Assembly: GCA_040954595.2 (NCBI GenBank)
Contig: CM082581.2
Coordinates: forward strand, 4,766,699-4,830,698
Reading direction: 5' to 3'
Length of the DNA stretch: 64,000 nucleotides
From: Balanoglossus misakiensis
Taxonomy: Eukaryota > Animalia > Hemichordata
Under the pieces are notes generated by a model. It worked only from the letters and a program-made list of their open reading frames with translations. It had not been told where the DNA came from and did no database searches. The translations under genes and the position numbers were made by a program. The stretch's first letter is position 1; every line of letters starts with the position of its first letter. Shown here piece after piece: positions 11,529-25,896 of this stretch.

Positions 11529-14500
11529 TGATGCGTGTGTGGGCTGTGTGTGTGTTAAACTAAAAGAATGTTACAACCATTCTTACTATACGCAGGTACA
11601 ATTATCATGAGCAGTAACAGTTGTATAAGTTGACCGTGTCGAGGTACGATTGTCATTGTCAGCAACTGCTCGGATCAAGATTAACTTGTCCTACAATCGA
11701 TGGCCTTAATGATTATTGGAAACCGACAATTCTTGTTGATCCTTTCATCCACTCATCGTCTTTTGCTAATCAATTCTATGGACCGTGTATACTCTTTAAA
11801 AGCGCTATCATTTCTCATCAATGGCGCAGCACAGCAAGTGCGTGTGAACGACACGCAACGCTACTAATGTTGACACGTAAATCGCGTGTAACGAAAACTG
11901 GGCTAGAGGACTTCCGTTAAATTTATTAGTCCGTCTGGCGCAAACACGGCTCTTTCAACCTATCATTGTGTACTAATTGATTGACCTGGTTCTTGCGGAC
12001 TTTTTTTCTGAGTCAACAATGTCAGTGAATTCACCGATGCAACGTAAATGTAGGCCTAATAGGCCCATGCAATAGGACATTATCGGTCAGATATCTGCAG
12101 AGAACCGCTCACTGAACTGAAACGTGTAATTGTGTGAGTAGTTGACACGATTCGTGAACAGCAGCATGATTTATTTTTTAACGCGAAATTAAAAAAAAAA
12201 CACTCGAAAAAAGCGGCACGATCAAGAATTCGGAAAAATAATAAAACGTGCCAGGGAGAAGCAAACCGACAAAATTGACCCAAAAAAACTTGACAAGTAA
12301 GATACCCAGAAAGATGACTTACCTGAATTTTACGAAAAAAAACTAACATCCAACAGTGTCGGTGGGAATCGCAGCAAACGCAGAAAAGGAAATTGACAAG
12401 CAAGAAAATTGGAATCTAACTTGAAAAAAGAACACATGGCGATTAATTGGGTGAATCAGAAATAAAGTGTCATCACTGGATATAGCGAAAGTAGAGCACC
12501 AGAGGAAAGAAATTGGGATATGCGGTCAGCTGGAGTATCTCATTTTTCGTTCTCGGGGCACTTCAAACTTTTTCGGCGATTATAGTAAGAATAAAAATAG
12601 AATAGTTAGGCGGCAGAATTACATTCTTTTTCTGTTAATAAGTAAAATTGCCCGGGGATTGTGCAAAGTCACAGAATCTCTCCAGGCATGTCTTTTATTT
12701 CAAAATCAGTATACAGACTTGTGTCGCGAGCATGAATTTTTTGAAATATCAAATACACCTGACCGCAGGCAGCCATACTAGCAAGAAAACCTCCCGATCA
12801 CGTACGATCACTGGTGACCTGTCATAGATTAGCTGACACTGACCACAGTGAGTGAACTATGGAGAGTTTATGGGAGTGCCCGGCTAGGTCTGTGCAGGTA
12901 TAGGCGGAGTCTTTCGACATGCTTGTTATTAGGAGAGTACTTCAAGTAAATGTTTTCCGCCGTACCGATATATTGCGTTGTTTTGTACTAAATATTTCGT
13001 GGAAATTGAATACTGCAATCTATCGTGTAAACAATGCAAGTGATCAGTGCTTGGCGTTTCTGCGTGCCGATGGCACATGGACGGACAGTACTCAACCACG
13101 GACAGCAGTCGGTAACGCTGCGCCGGCGACAGCTCTGTAGAGCTGAGAGTTGCTATACCAGCTACACATCCCAACAATTACACACATTTCAGGGACACAA
13201 CCCTTCGACGATGAGCTACCCCCCACGAGTACGCCGAGGTCTGTCAGCCAGTGCTATGCCACCTCCCATCGGCGAATTGGTATAGGTGACACAGCCTTAG
13301 CTGCGGACACCGTCGACATACCAAGTGACCCTACCATGCGGTGAGCTGATCCTGGTGAAACCGCACAGCCACTTAAAACCTCAATGTCCGATGACCAGAC
13401 AATTCCCACTAATTACAAGCTCTCGCCTGGAAAGGAAGGCTTGCTATTGATTTTTCAATAAACATCATAAACATGATCGCAGCTATTTCGGGATAACTGC
13501 ATTTTCTCTTAACTCTGCAAAACTCCCGCGGCATAACGCTTACCTTTCACATCCGCTATTTCTCTGTTCAAACAATGGCAGAAATATTCTCCCGCGTAAA
13601 ACGAACACTACTCATCTGGTAAACGTTTTGTACACATTTTATTCGTATACAAGTATCTCAAAATAATCCCAGTCATGTTCATGTTATTTTATTCACTAAT
13701 AAATCACCCTCACAATCAGACTTGGCCACGGGAGGGAACAATTTGAGATACCCTAACGTTCTGTACAAGTTTTCACCATTGATAAAAATAAGACACCCTA
13801 ACACGCCGAAAGTTTATGTTTTATGATAATCTATCCTTTTTTCGACCTCTGGCCAAATATGCTTTTCAAGAGTTCCAGCTCCATGTATATTACATTGTCC
13901 TTGTTGTATAACTTTGTTCTCTGGTCACATTCTGACATTTTGGGACTCTCCATTTTTCAATTTACAATGATCATTTATGCATTCCAAATGATGGGATCTC
14001 TTTCGCATTGGGGTATTTACTTATTTTGATTGTTTAAGGAGGTCTCATTTTCTTCATTTTTTTCCTGAGCCACCGATAACTGATATCATTTTGAAACAAA
14101 CGGCGCACAAAATACATGTGGTAAATACGCGCCGTCGGTTGAATCGTGATTGTAGGGACTTTGCACTATCTGACTTTGTGCTCTGAAAACCGTAACCCTG
14201 ACGTACGTGCGTATACATTACTGTGATGCATCCACGATTGCTATCCACGGGGACGGTAAGATAAGTATGGCACTTTAGGGTAGGTAGAGAGTTGAGGAAA
14301 AACGGTGAACATCATATACACAACTTGGGGGCTGCAGCTTCAATATCCAACAATTATAACACGTAGCTACATGTGCATGACCTAAAATGAGGCAACGGAG
14401 ATAGTTATATATGATACCACGCCGTGGTTTCACAGGACTGCTTTGTCTGTGCGTGTGTATGTGACACGTGCACAACCCTCTGGCAGTCCGGTTGTGATCG

Positions 14501-14639
14501 GGGTGTCGCAGTTTGACTATGTCGCTAATGATCTTGGCCCGCAGCCAATCATACATTCTGTCGTGAACACGGTCGATTCAAATAAGTAAGCTGTTATAGG
14601 AAGTAACGCATAAAGTTATAGGGTGTAACATTTGCAGAG

Positions 14640-14769
14640 TTTTTTTTGTGTGTGTGTCTCAGTTTCAGATTTTCCAGAGTATTTTCATTAGTGTTTTTTT
14701 TTCTTCTCTCTTTTGGGTATATGGACTTTTATTGTTTTAAAGTCTGAAATAAAGTAAAGTAAGTAAGTA
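14640..14769 (+). mobile_element. Isolated LINE/SINE-like 3' tail
   Basis: A T-rich tract, then a GACTTT/AAAGTC stem (14724-14729 with 14739-14744), AATAAA at 14748-14753 and a (GTAA)n tail. This is the typical 3' architecture of non-LTR elements. Confidence 0.5.
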
Positions 14770-17700
14770 TTTGTCCTGATCACAAAACAATCAATTAATT
14801 GGCACATCCCCACCTGACCAGAAAAAGCCCTTTATTATGTCTTTGATGTCTGAGTAACTTGCTCACAGTACTTTCTTGTGAAAGTTTGTGTCTTCGCAAG
14901 TTTTTTCTTCTGCATGGGCTGGATCGTGTAGCAGTAATGCTATCTATGTAAACTTAAAACATTTATCTTCCGTGTGTATCCATTTCAGCAATTTGGGAAA
15001 TTCATCCGCCGGTTATGAGTAACACGATATACGGTACAGCAATCATTGACGATAACTGTATCAAGGCGATATTCAGAAAGTTTTACATTGTCAAAAGTTG
15101 TGAATGATTTATGGCAATCCTTTCAATTTTCAAATATCATTACACTGTCACCCTAATGAAAGTGGATTAATCACATTACCTAACTACCTTCATGGTTTGA
15201 CATTTTGGCGTCTAGGAATAGAGTCTGATTGCAAATGTGAAAATTAGATAGCACGCCTGTTGTTCATTGAGTCTAATGCTTCGTTGTAATTTTATATATG
15301 TCATGCGGCGACATGATTGGAATAATTTGTAATGTAATATCATCCAATGTATAAGCACTTCTTAAAGGGTCTGTTTTTATTGTCGTTGACATTTCTCTGG
15401 ATATAAACACTATAACCTTTCTTCGGAAACAAAGGGTCTGCTTTGAAAAAGATACGCCCCTTTAATGCTAAACGTACATGTAACAATGAAAAGAAAAAAA
15501 GTAACGGTGTAGAAATAACCATGTTTACAGGTGTAAAGTTTGATATCCCCGGTGAACACATAACATGAAACTGACCGAATAATGATTGATCTAAACATCT
15601 AAACATGGTGAAATGAACATCTAGTCTGGTGTAGTCATATTTTGTTCATGCATCGCAATCCGTCTCCGGAAAACATACATGTATGAGTTTGTCTGTTCCT
15701 GGTTCATTACAGCGTGATATTCTGTGTCAGTAATTCTTGATAAGAAACTGCTGTGCCCTACAGTGATTTAAGACTACTCAGTCTATCCTATCTTATATAA
15801 GCTAAGCGCTGAGAGGAATATGGGCGAGATTGCGGTCTAAGTCTTTCAGATTCCCAATGTCTATAGGGTTATCTCGACGTCGTTGTCTTCTGTCTCATTT
15901 TCTCGCCGAATGGGAGCCATAGCCGTGGGTCACGCGAGTTAGAACCTGCTTACTATAGTAATACACGCTCTACGGCAGTGTGGGTTGAGTTCAAACACGG
16001 TAAGGCCAGAGACCGTCCAATATCTCAACAACACGAATCATTTGCATTTCTCAGCGGACCAACCCTCCCAAAACATTTGCAGCGAAAATATGGGCTTGTT
16101 TGAAGTGAGTCAGGCAGAATATCGACACGAGCGCCTCTTGTTAAAAGTTCCTGTTTATCTTGCTTAGAACCTGGAACTTCCGAATGCCTTTGAGACACGG
16201 AATACGGGAGAGGCAATTATTGATCTCTCAGTGCATACAGCTTATCAGGCGTGAAATCAGCAATATCTCCCGTATGTTTACCACCTGATCAATTATTGAA
16301 GTGTGAGGGGGAAACGGGTATTAAGACACTTCCGTTTGGTTCGCCATGCGCACAAAGTGCTTATAAAATCACAAAAGCGCGCAGTGTCCCATCCAGTGTT
16401 ATTTTCTGACGTTATTTTGTCATGACGGTTTATAAAACCATTTTCGATGAGCATCCTTAATAGCATTCTGTGAATCAAAAGACAGAGACGAATGGTGTTT
16501 CATGGCGTATATGTCATTGAGCAGGCGATAGCACATAACTGTTACATACACAAAACATAAACGTTGCAAAGATAGTGACAACCGATACCGATGTTGTCCT
16601 TTCACGAGGTTCTAGACATTCTGTATTGAACGCGCTCTTCCATATCTACTACCCTATATATAATTGTTTTCAATTGGCCATTGATATTAAAAACACTTTA
16701 CAAGAGTTGCCAGTGTTTACTCAATATTCGCTGTCAAATACACAATTCCTGTCTGTGAAATATCTGCTGTTTGACCGATAGTTAGATAAACACAATTATT
16801 AAACGATGACATACAATACAGGGTTCACATGCGTCATGATATATTAAATCTTGTATGCTGTCAATGCAATGTAGTATGCAGTATACAAAAAAGTAAACGT
16901 TACTGATGTACACACATGTACATAAATTCTGTCTGATTTAAAGATATTTACACGTATGACTTTATAACATTTTGCGTTTTGGCGTCAACAGCAACAGTCT
17001 GTGGTAAAACATGTGAGAAAGAATTTCTTTAGTTGCGGACGTGGCATTGCGTGATTATTTGACTTCGGCAATCAAGTGCGCAATTATCACAAAAATCAAC
17101 CATGACGAATGCAAAATACAAGGAAGGATATGCATGCATTACCCGTGTGAGACGGCTGGTATAAACGTGACATGTTGTCGACGACCGGGGACATTTATTA
17201 CACCGATGAAATTTTATCATTAGGATAAGTGTTACTTAAATGATTAAACGTGGTTACGAATGTAACTAAAGCATATGTGCATCTATCACGAACATACATT
17301 TTTTATCAATCATCTTGAATATCTATGCATCGATTTTTGTTTGTGGGAATCATATCTTCGCGTTTCGGATGCTTGCAGTAAACATTTCCTTGCATATGCC
17401 AAAAAAAAACACATCTAAGAAAACAGGGTTCCTTTCACAGAGATTGTTTAAGGATTGATATTCCGATATGCACTAATTGCCTGCTGGCTTATCTGTAAGA
17501 TAATTTCCCAAGAGGTGACAGCAAGAATCTGCTTTCCTTACAAGATATTCAACCATTTCAGTCACGACGGCGTCGGTATTTGTTTGCTTGAGTATAGAGA
17601 AGACCTTTAGGTATCGTTCATTTAGTACACTACGGGTGGTTATCATCGTTCACACATATCCAAATAATTTACAGTTAACTGATTGAAGGAAGAAAGCGTT

Positions 17701-17909
17701 TCATGACCATCCTATGTACGACACTCAAGATGCGGTGATTTTAAACGCAAAGCAAAGGTTTATGGGGTACTACAGCGATTGAAACAAAGGGGGGATACGA
17801 CAAGTAATTTAACGCCGACTTGGTCATTTTATGTTTACTTGTTATATTTATTTTATAGATGATTTTATGCATGTCATTGACCGATCCGCGATTTGTTGGG
17901 TTATTCTTT

Positions 17910-18840
17910 TTTTTAAAAACAATTTGCGGGCATCTTGAAGAACGTTTCGATATTAACTAAGGAGAGACGAATCATGCCTGGACAAAAATTGTGTTGCGAG
18001 ACATCAGTTCATTCTGTGTTCAGCAATATTTTGTACTTTGTGTCATCAGATATTTTTGCTTTGATAAATTTATTAAGCCTTATTCCATGTATTCAGGTGT
18101 GTTCTACTTGTGCTGACACCAGCGAATCATTTTGATATCAGAATATAAGTCACTGAAAGCGATGCTCTGTATTTGCTCAGGTTTTGTCGCTGAATGTTTT
18201 TCTTTGGCCCATTTGATATATATACGTGACATGGTATTTCTTTGCTGTAGAGAAAGTTCTGGAAATTTCACAAATAATAGTGAGTTTGGGATAACCTGCT
18301 GCGTGGTATATTTTCACCGTCGACTCCATTGTATACTAGGACTGTTAACTGCGATATTTTCACTTCCTCTTGGAAACTTTTTTTCATAATTTACTTTGAG
18401 TTAGATCACAATTACTTGTGGGCGATTTTTGATCCTTATAATTGGTACTGAATTGCCGAGTTTGCCAACCGGAAGTGTCCAATTTATGAGTTGCCCATAC
18501 ACTGGCTAATTAACCCGGGTCCGCTAGTAGATTCGTATAGCCTTGGGTACAATAGATCTAACTGTATCAAATTATTCTCAAATTTCTTCCAAACTACAAC
18601 AAATTTTGGAGACAGTATATTATTCATTACAAGTGTCGTGCTTGTTACAGTATGTGGTTTTTCCAAACTACTAAAAATTGATATCGAAAATCGACGTATA
18701 CCCTACAGCGCAGACGACAATTTGTAATCCTGTGCTGATTTCAAAAAGCAATAAGACCAGTTGATATAATAACAAGGATAATTGCGACTGCGTTTTGCAA
18801 TTGAAGTCTGAGCCTCGGACTTAGTTGGCAAATTTTGTAT
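17910..18840 (-). pseudogene. Possible decayed coding sequence of unknown family
   Basis: 18840-18484 is one frame of ~119 codons with a single internal stop. It is followed by further stop-poor frames (NYEKKFPRGSENIAVN...IYIKWAKEKH...; IHGIRLNKFIKAKISDDTKYK). Matching antisense ORFs occur on the + strand. Confidence 0.25.
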
Positions 18841-21800
18841 CAGGGTAAAGATACAGTGAAAAGTTTAGAACAATATATCAGTACTCTAAGTAACATGTTA
18901 AAGGTGATCGACCCTTCAGTGTCTACATGTATGTGAAAAATTGCAAACCCCATTAAAAGTGTTTAAAATATGATCACTCGCACGGAAGTGCCGGACCACT
19001 CTGGTTATAATAACCGAAAGCTCCCTAAGGGTAACATATTGATGGTGGGATTCTGACGTAATTAGAAAATGGAAACCACACGTGGATCTACATGCATACG
19101 TGTATACATGCGTTTATCGTTGTGTAATATATGTAAGAATTGAAACACTAGCGACTGTTTCTCCGGATTCAGCCATTTTGTGATTGGGAAATGAGCTGTG
19201 TGGATTTGCAAATGCTATATAGACTGTTAAGTGTAAGGACTACTGTTATCTTCATCACTGCACATATAACTGACTATTATTATGTAGTGATGAACTAATC
19301 AATTATTGAATTTTAAGAACCCTGTCACTACTGCTACTAACTGCTACGGCGGTGGTGGCGATGACTACGACCACTGTACTCTCACATTTGCTTCGATTTC
19401 AGTCTACCCCAACTTCTGTTGTTTTGGTTACAGTTCTTGTACATGTGTCCACACGTTGATCGCAGGCTAAAGGAAGTAAAATTTAGAAAACGTCATCTTT
19501 CTGCCGCGCGATGACTAATTATTTAGTAAAGTGGCGACGGCTAAAGGGCTTGTGGAGATTAAATCAGAGTTACTCCGGAGAGACACGCGTTCGTTATGGT
19601 ATCCCTGCGGAGATCTCTGCCACACATTTTTTGTGTGTGTGTGCGCTGTGCCATTATATCTGTCGATGGAAACGAATGACTGATTGTTTTCATCCACGCG
19701 TACAGATAATGATCGAGCGAAACCGGGCAATCCACGTCGGGTCACCACGTCGCAGCGAAAATGTCCGCGAAATGATTACTGTGATTGATGCGTACTCCGC
19801 GAAATCAAGACAACCTCGGTGACCCCTCTGTACAATGTACGTGCCTGTGTGGAGCTTGGAGCATTTCATGGTGTGTGTTTTTTCATATTTGAATATTGCC
19901 TTTTTCGGCATGAGCAATGGAGCAGAAATGGACAACTGCATGTTTCTCGATGTTCCGCACGTTTAATTAACCCTGCATATGGAATTTCTCGGAATTGTTG
20001 ACATTTATCTTCAACGAAGTAAAATGTACTTTGATTCTTGGTTGCTAGAGTGTCAGTGACTTACACACGGTCGAATACTGAGGTGTGATGAATTATTAAA
20101 ATAACACGATGATAAGTACCTTAGATTTAATTCTTAGCATAATTCTATGTTCAGCATTATAGTACAGCAACATAGAAAATCATGGTCTCACAGGAATATG
20201 ATGACAACTAATTATTTATGTTGAGACTATGGTCTTCGGAGCATGTTGGGTAAACATCATGCGTTTCAGCCCAGCTCTGTTCGCCTACAAAACAAATTTC
20301 GTTTGACCGAAAAGCTGTATTGTAACACGGTTGCAGCAATATTAAAATGGTGTTTTGAAAATGGTCATTAGGTATTGGATTAATTTGGTATGCCCTAAAT
20401 GTATTACGTTAGTGATTAGTTCTGCACAGATAAATCTTGTATAACTTGCATTGGACAGGTTAATTTAAGAAGACACTGGGAGAAAGTGGATAGTATATTT
20501 TATATAAAAGAAACTTGTCATGAAAAATTCAGCGACTGGGAGCTATGAATAATTAACTTTGGTGATCCTGGAATAATCCCTAACCGCTTTTCAGCTTTGC
20601 TATGGCATTTTTGTTGAAATATTAAGGATTATAAAATATATATGAACGAACTCCATCCGGTCTCTAAGGTCAGTTACATTGTATTTTATCTGATAAACAT
20701 AAAGTAAGTAAATGCTCCCATGGCAATATATATATATATATACAAGCATTACTTGTCGAGCATGTAAATAAAATTTTAAAGTTGTTGAAAAACATTGTGC
20801 TAACCTATATTTCGGGCCTGACGTCCATGCAGTTTGTATGACATACACAAGCAGGGAAACCGCCATGTAGTGTTTGTCATCGACACTGTGGAGAGCACAA
20901 TATGTTCAGGCATCGTCGTATAACAGTGGCTCCTAACATTAGCCACAAGTAGATGAGATAATTACGAGTGGAACGTGCGTTTTTACATCAGTTATTAGCG
21001 AAAAATCAATTTACTAGTAATTGAAACCATATTGTTGCATCTTACTAATGAAGATCTGAACGTATTTTCGGGCTTTGTTTTCTGGGGCAAAAAATGTCTC
21101 GAATGGACTCTTAACTTGCTATTATAACTGCTGCCTATAGAAAACACTACATTTTGTGAGCCGGATGTACATACACGTTGTGCATGTGCTTGTAAGAGTG
21201 TTTGCCAGGAGCTACAGGACATAAAAGAGAAATAACACATGTTACAAAGTTATTAAGGTCATGTATTCTACCTCGCTATCAATACAAGAGATACACTTTG
21301 ATGGCGGCCATAGTTTTATCATAGGCTATATCCTCTCCAGATAGTCTGCCTCATTTAGCGGCATCTTTGAGGTTCCGTCGATTGTGGTTTAATCTTGTTT
21401 GGAAGAGGGCTATTACCACTGGTAGTAGCTGCCGTAAATTCTTGGCTTGCAAACGGTTAGAATGGCCATTTGCAGTATCTGGCATTGTCGTGAATTTCAA
21501 TGTGGTCGTAGGCATATTCATATGTGAAGTGATATTCAATATTTTAAGCATCAATAAGGGCCTCTAACACTAACAGAAGTGTCTTTCTTTTTTAACAGTT
21601 ATCCGGTATTGACGTCAGGTGGAACACGTTATACAAGTGTAATGTAACAACAGCCAAAAACTATACATTTGCAGTTGACAGATTCCAAAAGGTCAGCGTA
21701 TAGATTTCATGTTCGCGTCATTACGCTGTATTGAAAACAGCAACTTCAAACATCTTTGACGTCATTGGGATTCTTGAAAGTGGTCATTACTGCGGTTGTG

Positions 21801-22184
21801 GTTATTTCCAAGTTAACAAAACTATTTGAGCAAGATGTCACGTAAAAGAATGCGACCTTCGAAACGGAGGATTGCCAAATTGATCGTGGAGTCGTACCGA
21901 ATGAAAAATAAAAAATCGTATTAGATAATGACGTTCAAAGGGGTCAGCGTTATCGACCCTGTGAATTACAGCCTTTCGGCACGTCATTTTCTTACTGCGA
22001 TATGTTGAGATTGATCGATACGTCGTCGGTTTTAAATAACCGTCACGATCGCCGATAGATCAGCATCTCCTCCGATATATTAAACAACTTGCACACGTAT
22101 TTAGATGGATATGCGATTTCATGTGAATTAATTGTGACCACTTGAAGACTTGTGTATGCACATTCACGCCTTTCGGCCCACCTA

Positions 22185-22226
22185 TTTGTTTGTTTGTTTG
22201 TTTGTTTAATAGTTTGTTTGTTTGTT
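22185..22226. repeat. (TTTG)n microsatellite
   Basis: Direct reading. Confidence 0.9.
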
Positions 22227-23860
22227 CTTCTCTTGCAGTCTCTAATCACAGGATGCAATAAATGCTTGGTCCTAAATTAATAGTGCTACATCTTAGTACT
22301 CAACAGAGTTTGACATGGTAAATGTACATGTATGTATGTATGCCGAGAGGGGAAGGTAGCCGAAGTCTAGTATAAAAAATACCAAACTTTGGACAAATAA
22401 GAATTGCCCTTAGGGTATTTTCAAGATGGCTCTCGCCACGAGGGACGTGAGGGACCATGCTGAGGCTACTGGTGAGTACATATGTTTGGTCGATTCTACA
22501 GCTGTGCAGCATTAAAAAAAATCAAGATTCAGGGGATATCCAGTTGTGGTGAAGCAAAACTACAAAGATCACTCCATTCTCCATCTCAGTGTGTGTACGT
22601 GACTGACTAACACGTCGTCTGTGTCAGCGCAAAGGGGGCAGGCAGGTGAGCACGGTTTTGTTTTGTGCTTTGCAGAATAGTTTTCAGTGGTATATAATAT
22701 GGGGGCCCGTATATCTTACTTCTGTTTTGAAAATAATGTGAACAGAGAACTTAATTCTAGTAGCAAATAGACTGATCACTCGACTGATTCGTCACAACTC
22801 CAAATTGCTTTACCAACGTTTTCTGTGTAAAATAACCTTCGCACACTCCAATTTGGAACGTAAATTTTGCTTTGAATGTGGAAGCTGTACGGGTGAAGAT
22901 TACAGGGGTGAATGCTGGGTACTCCGATGTTAATTTAAATTTAAAATTAATCATGCGTTTGTACGATTTCGTTCAATTATTATTTGTACATTTATTATTA
23001 CTTTTCATCAAGCTTGTAAACTGATGACTGTCATGGTAGCACTTAGGGAGGACCACGTGATATTCAGCGGGGGTCTGTTTTCGCAAAAAAAGATTCCGAA
23101 GGAACACCCTTGAAAACATGCTGTGATTATTATCTGCACCTATACCAGTTTCATACAACGCTTGTCTTGTACTCGGCTAACAACCCGTTGTTATGGTAAT
23201 AAACCAAGTCTCGCGAGATCTCGCAATGAGCGGACCATGGCCTGATTGAATGTTCGCCCAAAAGGTTTCACCGCCCCCAGCGAGGAACGACAGTTGAGTC
23301 TGCAGGGAAGTCGTATGTACTTTCTCCGCACAACCCACTGCTGACTATGTCATTTTTTTCTTAAACGTAAAGCAGAGAACCAGAACAGAAAATCCCGGCA
23401 TTCTAAGAGAGAGTCAATATTACTTCAGTCTATCACACAACTTGCTTTTTGTAGTCGGTAAAATTAACGAGTTGAGATTTAAAACATGTACTCAACAATC
23501 CCCCACACACCGATACTGCCGACATGCTGGAGTCAGATTTGTGTTTTTCTTCGACTATGAAACGACATGCTATGCCCAATGATACTATAAACACTACCTG
23601 TGTGGCACTCTTGAGATGCTGCACAGCTGTAGAACAGACTCAGGCATGTACTATTCAACAATCTCTCGTGGTGACAGCGCAATGCCAGTTTTTCCAAAGT
23701 ATGTTGTTTTATTGCTACCGCTCTCCTGTTTTATGTGCTACTTTTTCTCTCTCGGCGAGCGTTGAGGTATCATGTGTTCTGTTTCTTGGGTTGGTTACTA
23801 AATAGTTTACACAACGCAAACAACGGTGGCAACTGGCTCGTATCTTACTGTATTGTCACA

Positions 23861-24023
23861 CAATCTGATTAAAATCAGATGTAGTGTTGGGCGTCGTCTT
23901 TCACCTCTGCTGACTCTTGACTTGTGGCGCGTACACCGATAACAGCCAAGACAAAGAACAGAACAGCCAAGACAAAGACAGAGAACAGAACAGCCAAACT
24001 CTACATCTGTTTTAATCAGATTG
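23861..24023. mobile_element. 163-bp MITE with 31-bp TIRs and a 9-bp TSD (Mutator/MULE-like)
   Basis: Left end CAATCTGATTAAAATCAGATGTAGTGTTGGGC. Right end reverse complement CAATCTGATTAAAA-CAGATGTAGAGTTTGGC. Flanks ATTGTCACA (23852-23860) and ATTCTCACA (24024-24032). Internal AACAGCCAAGACAAAG repeats. Confidence 0.85.
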
Positions 24024-25443
24024 ATTCTCACATTGAAAATCTTGTTCCTAACTTAGTGTTGTGTGACTAGTCCAGGTTTTTTGTACATGCATATTGAAAT
24101 ACCTGATCTAATAAATTCGAATTAATCAATGTGGAAGAATGCAATTACAAGTTGTGGGTGACTTTTATTCGTTAACTACCCTGCATTCGTTCAGGGTGGA
24201 ATTACAAAGATATTCCAGGCAGCCTTAACACAGCTTGGGAGTGCATGAGACTCTATTGAATTAGCGTTTTCATAAGGTTAATTTTACTGCCTGTCTGCTG
24301 TAATGAAGCCATTCTTTCTATTAGTGTTATATGTAAGAGAGCCATGCCAGCGTTGTTAAATGAGAGGCTTATACCTGCTCACTATTCTACGTGTGTACTT
24401 TGTTTTGAAGGGAGAAAATAACGCAACCTTGTAAAAGAGCGGACCACGTTGAAACAAGCCCGGCCAGAGAAAGCTGTGGGTAATATTAATCTGCGCGCTG
24501 AGACATCTAAACCAGTAACAGATGTGTTTGATGCAAAGCAACTGATGCTAGTAATCCCGCAGTCTTGCGCAACTCCGGCGTACGTTGAACTTGGTGTACA
24601 CTATACCCATTAAAATAATTGGACGGCTGCGATTACCCTTGTGTATCAAAGGTATATAAAATATTATTACCTTGTGTATTGAGAAGTAAACGCAAAATGA
24701 CAGACGCCGGCAAATGTAACCTTTAAAAATTTGGTGGTTAATGCCGGAGAAAATCGAGTTCAAGGACATGCAGAGATTGTACCTGTGTGTATTTAGAAAT
24801 CGATTAAGAATATATCATTTTGCGTACACGTAGTATTATATAGAGATGTAATCGTTGTGTTCGCTTCTGGTTTGGTCTTGGTTCAGAAACGCGTTCTCCT
24901 TGGTAAGTTCATGAAATACGTTCACGCACTGAGTTCATGGAAATTCATGAGTTGCAAACCCCGCACATATGTACATGTCTGGAGCACCTGCCATAAAGGC
25001 CTTTCATTTATAGTTTCCGTCATATGAGCCTCTTGTAGAACTGCGTGCCACGAATTTCTTATGCGGTGCCTCGGCGGTGTAGTGTTCCGTAAAGCGCTGA
25101 TAATGATGTGGAGAGAGCGATATCCTTTGGAAAGCTCCAGGCAAAAAGACATGGCGACGAGATGGAGAAAAATCGTGGTCGTGCTTTCTGCTTGTCGTCC
25201 GTTCCCCCGGTTTCGGCGTTGATAATCAACCGCAAATGGCTAACCGCGGGTAGAGTGTTCCCGCTCGAAACCCCCAAGAAAAAAGTTCGTGCTAATTGGC
25301 CTGTAAAATGCCCGAGAAATCCCTTCGTCATTTTGACTCCAATTATCAAGATGACACGCTGTTCCGGGAGGCAATTTTTGTTTGTTGTTTGGTGATGTGT
25401 CTGAGTCTTCACACGTGGAGCGAATGCGGCAAAATTTTGAACA

Positions 25444-25896
25444 AGATTGAAAAGTGCCCTCGAAATTCAATTGTGAAATTCATTGAACGTGTGAGGACGG
25501 AGGCAAAGCTGAAGCAGACGACAAAAAGTGTCAACAGATCACAACCACCCGACAGATTTTCAGAGGACAGATTTTCAGAAAAATAATAATCCCAAACCTC
25601 CCAATTCCTATATATATTCAAGAGTGTGGGGAATCTATTTGAAAACAGAGAAGAAAACTGGTGTTGTTTTCATGGAAATTGCTACTTTGAATCTTCTACA
25701 TATATAGACTTTACACAGGGATTGGAGGCCATTTTGAATTTAGAATTTGAGACAATTGTGCTCCGTCATTCAAAATTTTGCAAGGTGACCCACTTTTTGT
25801 GAGTTTATTCTAAATTTTAAGAGAGACTATCCTAAATTTGCATTGAGGAAAATGAGGGAAGGTTTAATACGATGAATTTCGAGGCGCATTCTACCT
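25444..25896. mobile_element. Degenerate non-autonomous DNA transposon (possibly Kolobok-like), ~450 bp
   Basis: Perfect 12-bp inverted repeat CCTCGAAATTCA (25458-25469) / TGAATTTCGAGG (25873-25884) within longer degenerate TIRs ending ...GCATTCTACCT. The interior is homologous to 61521-61848. Confidence 0.6.

Noticed and set aside
13090-13106. REST/NRSE-like TCAACCACGGACAGC
   Set aside because: The left half lacks the GC of TCAGCACC, so only a half-site is present.
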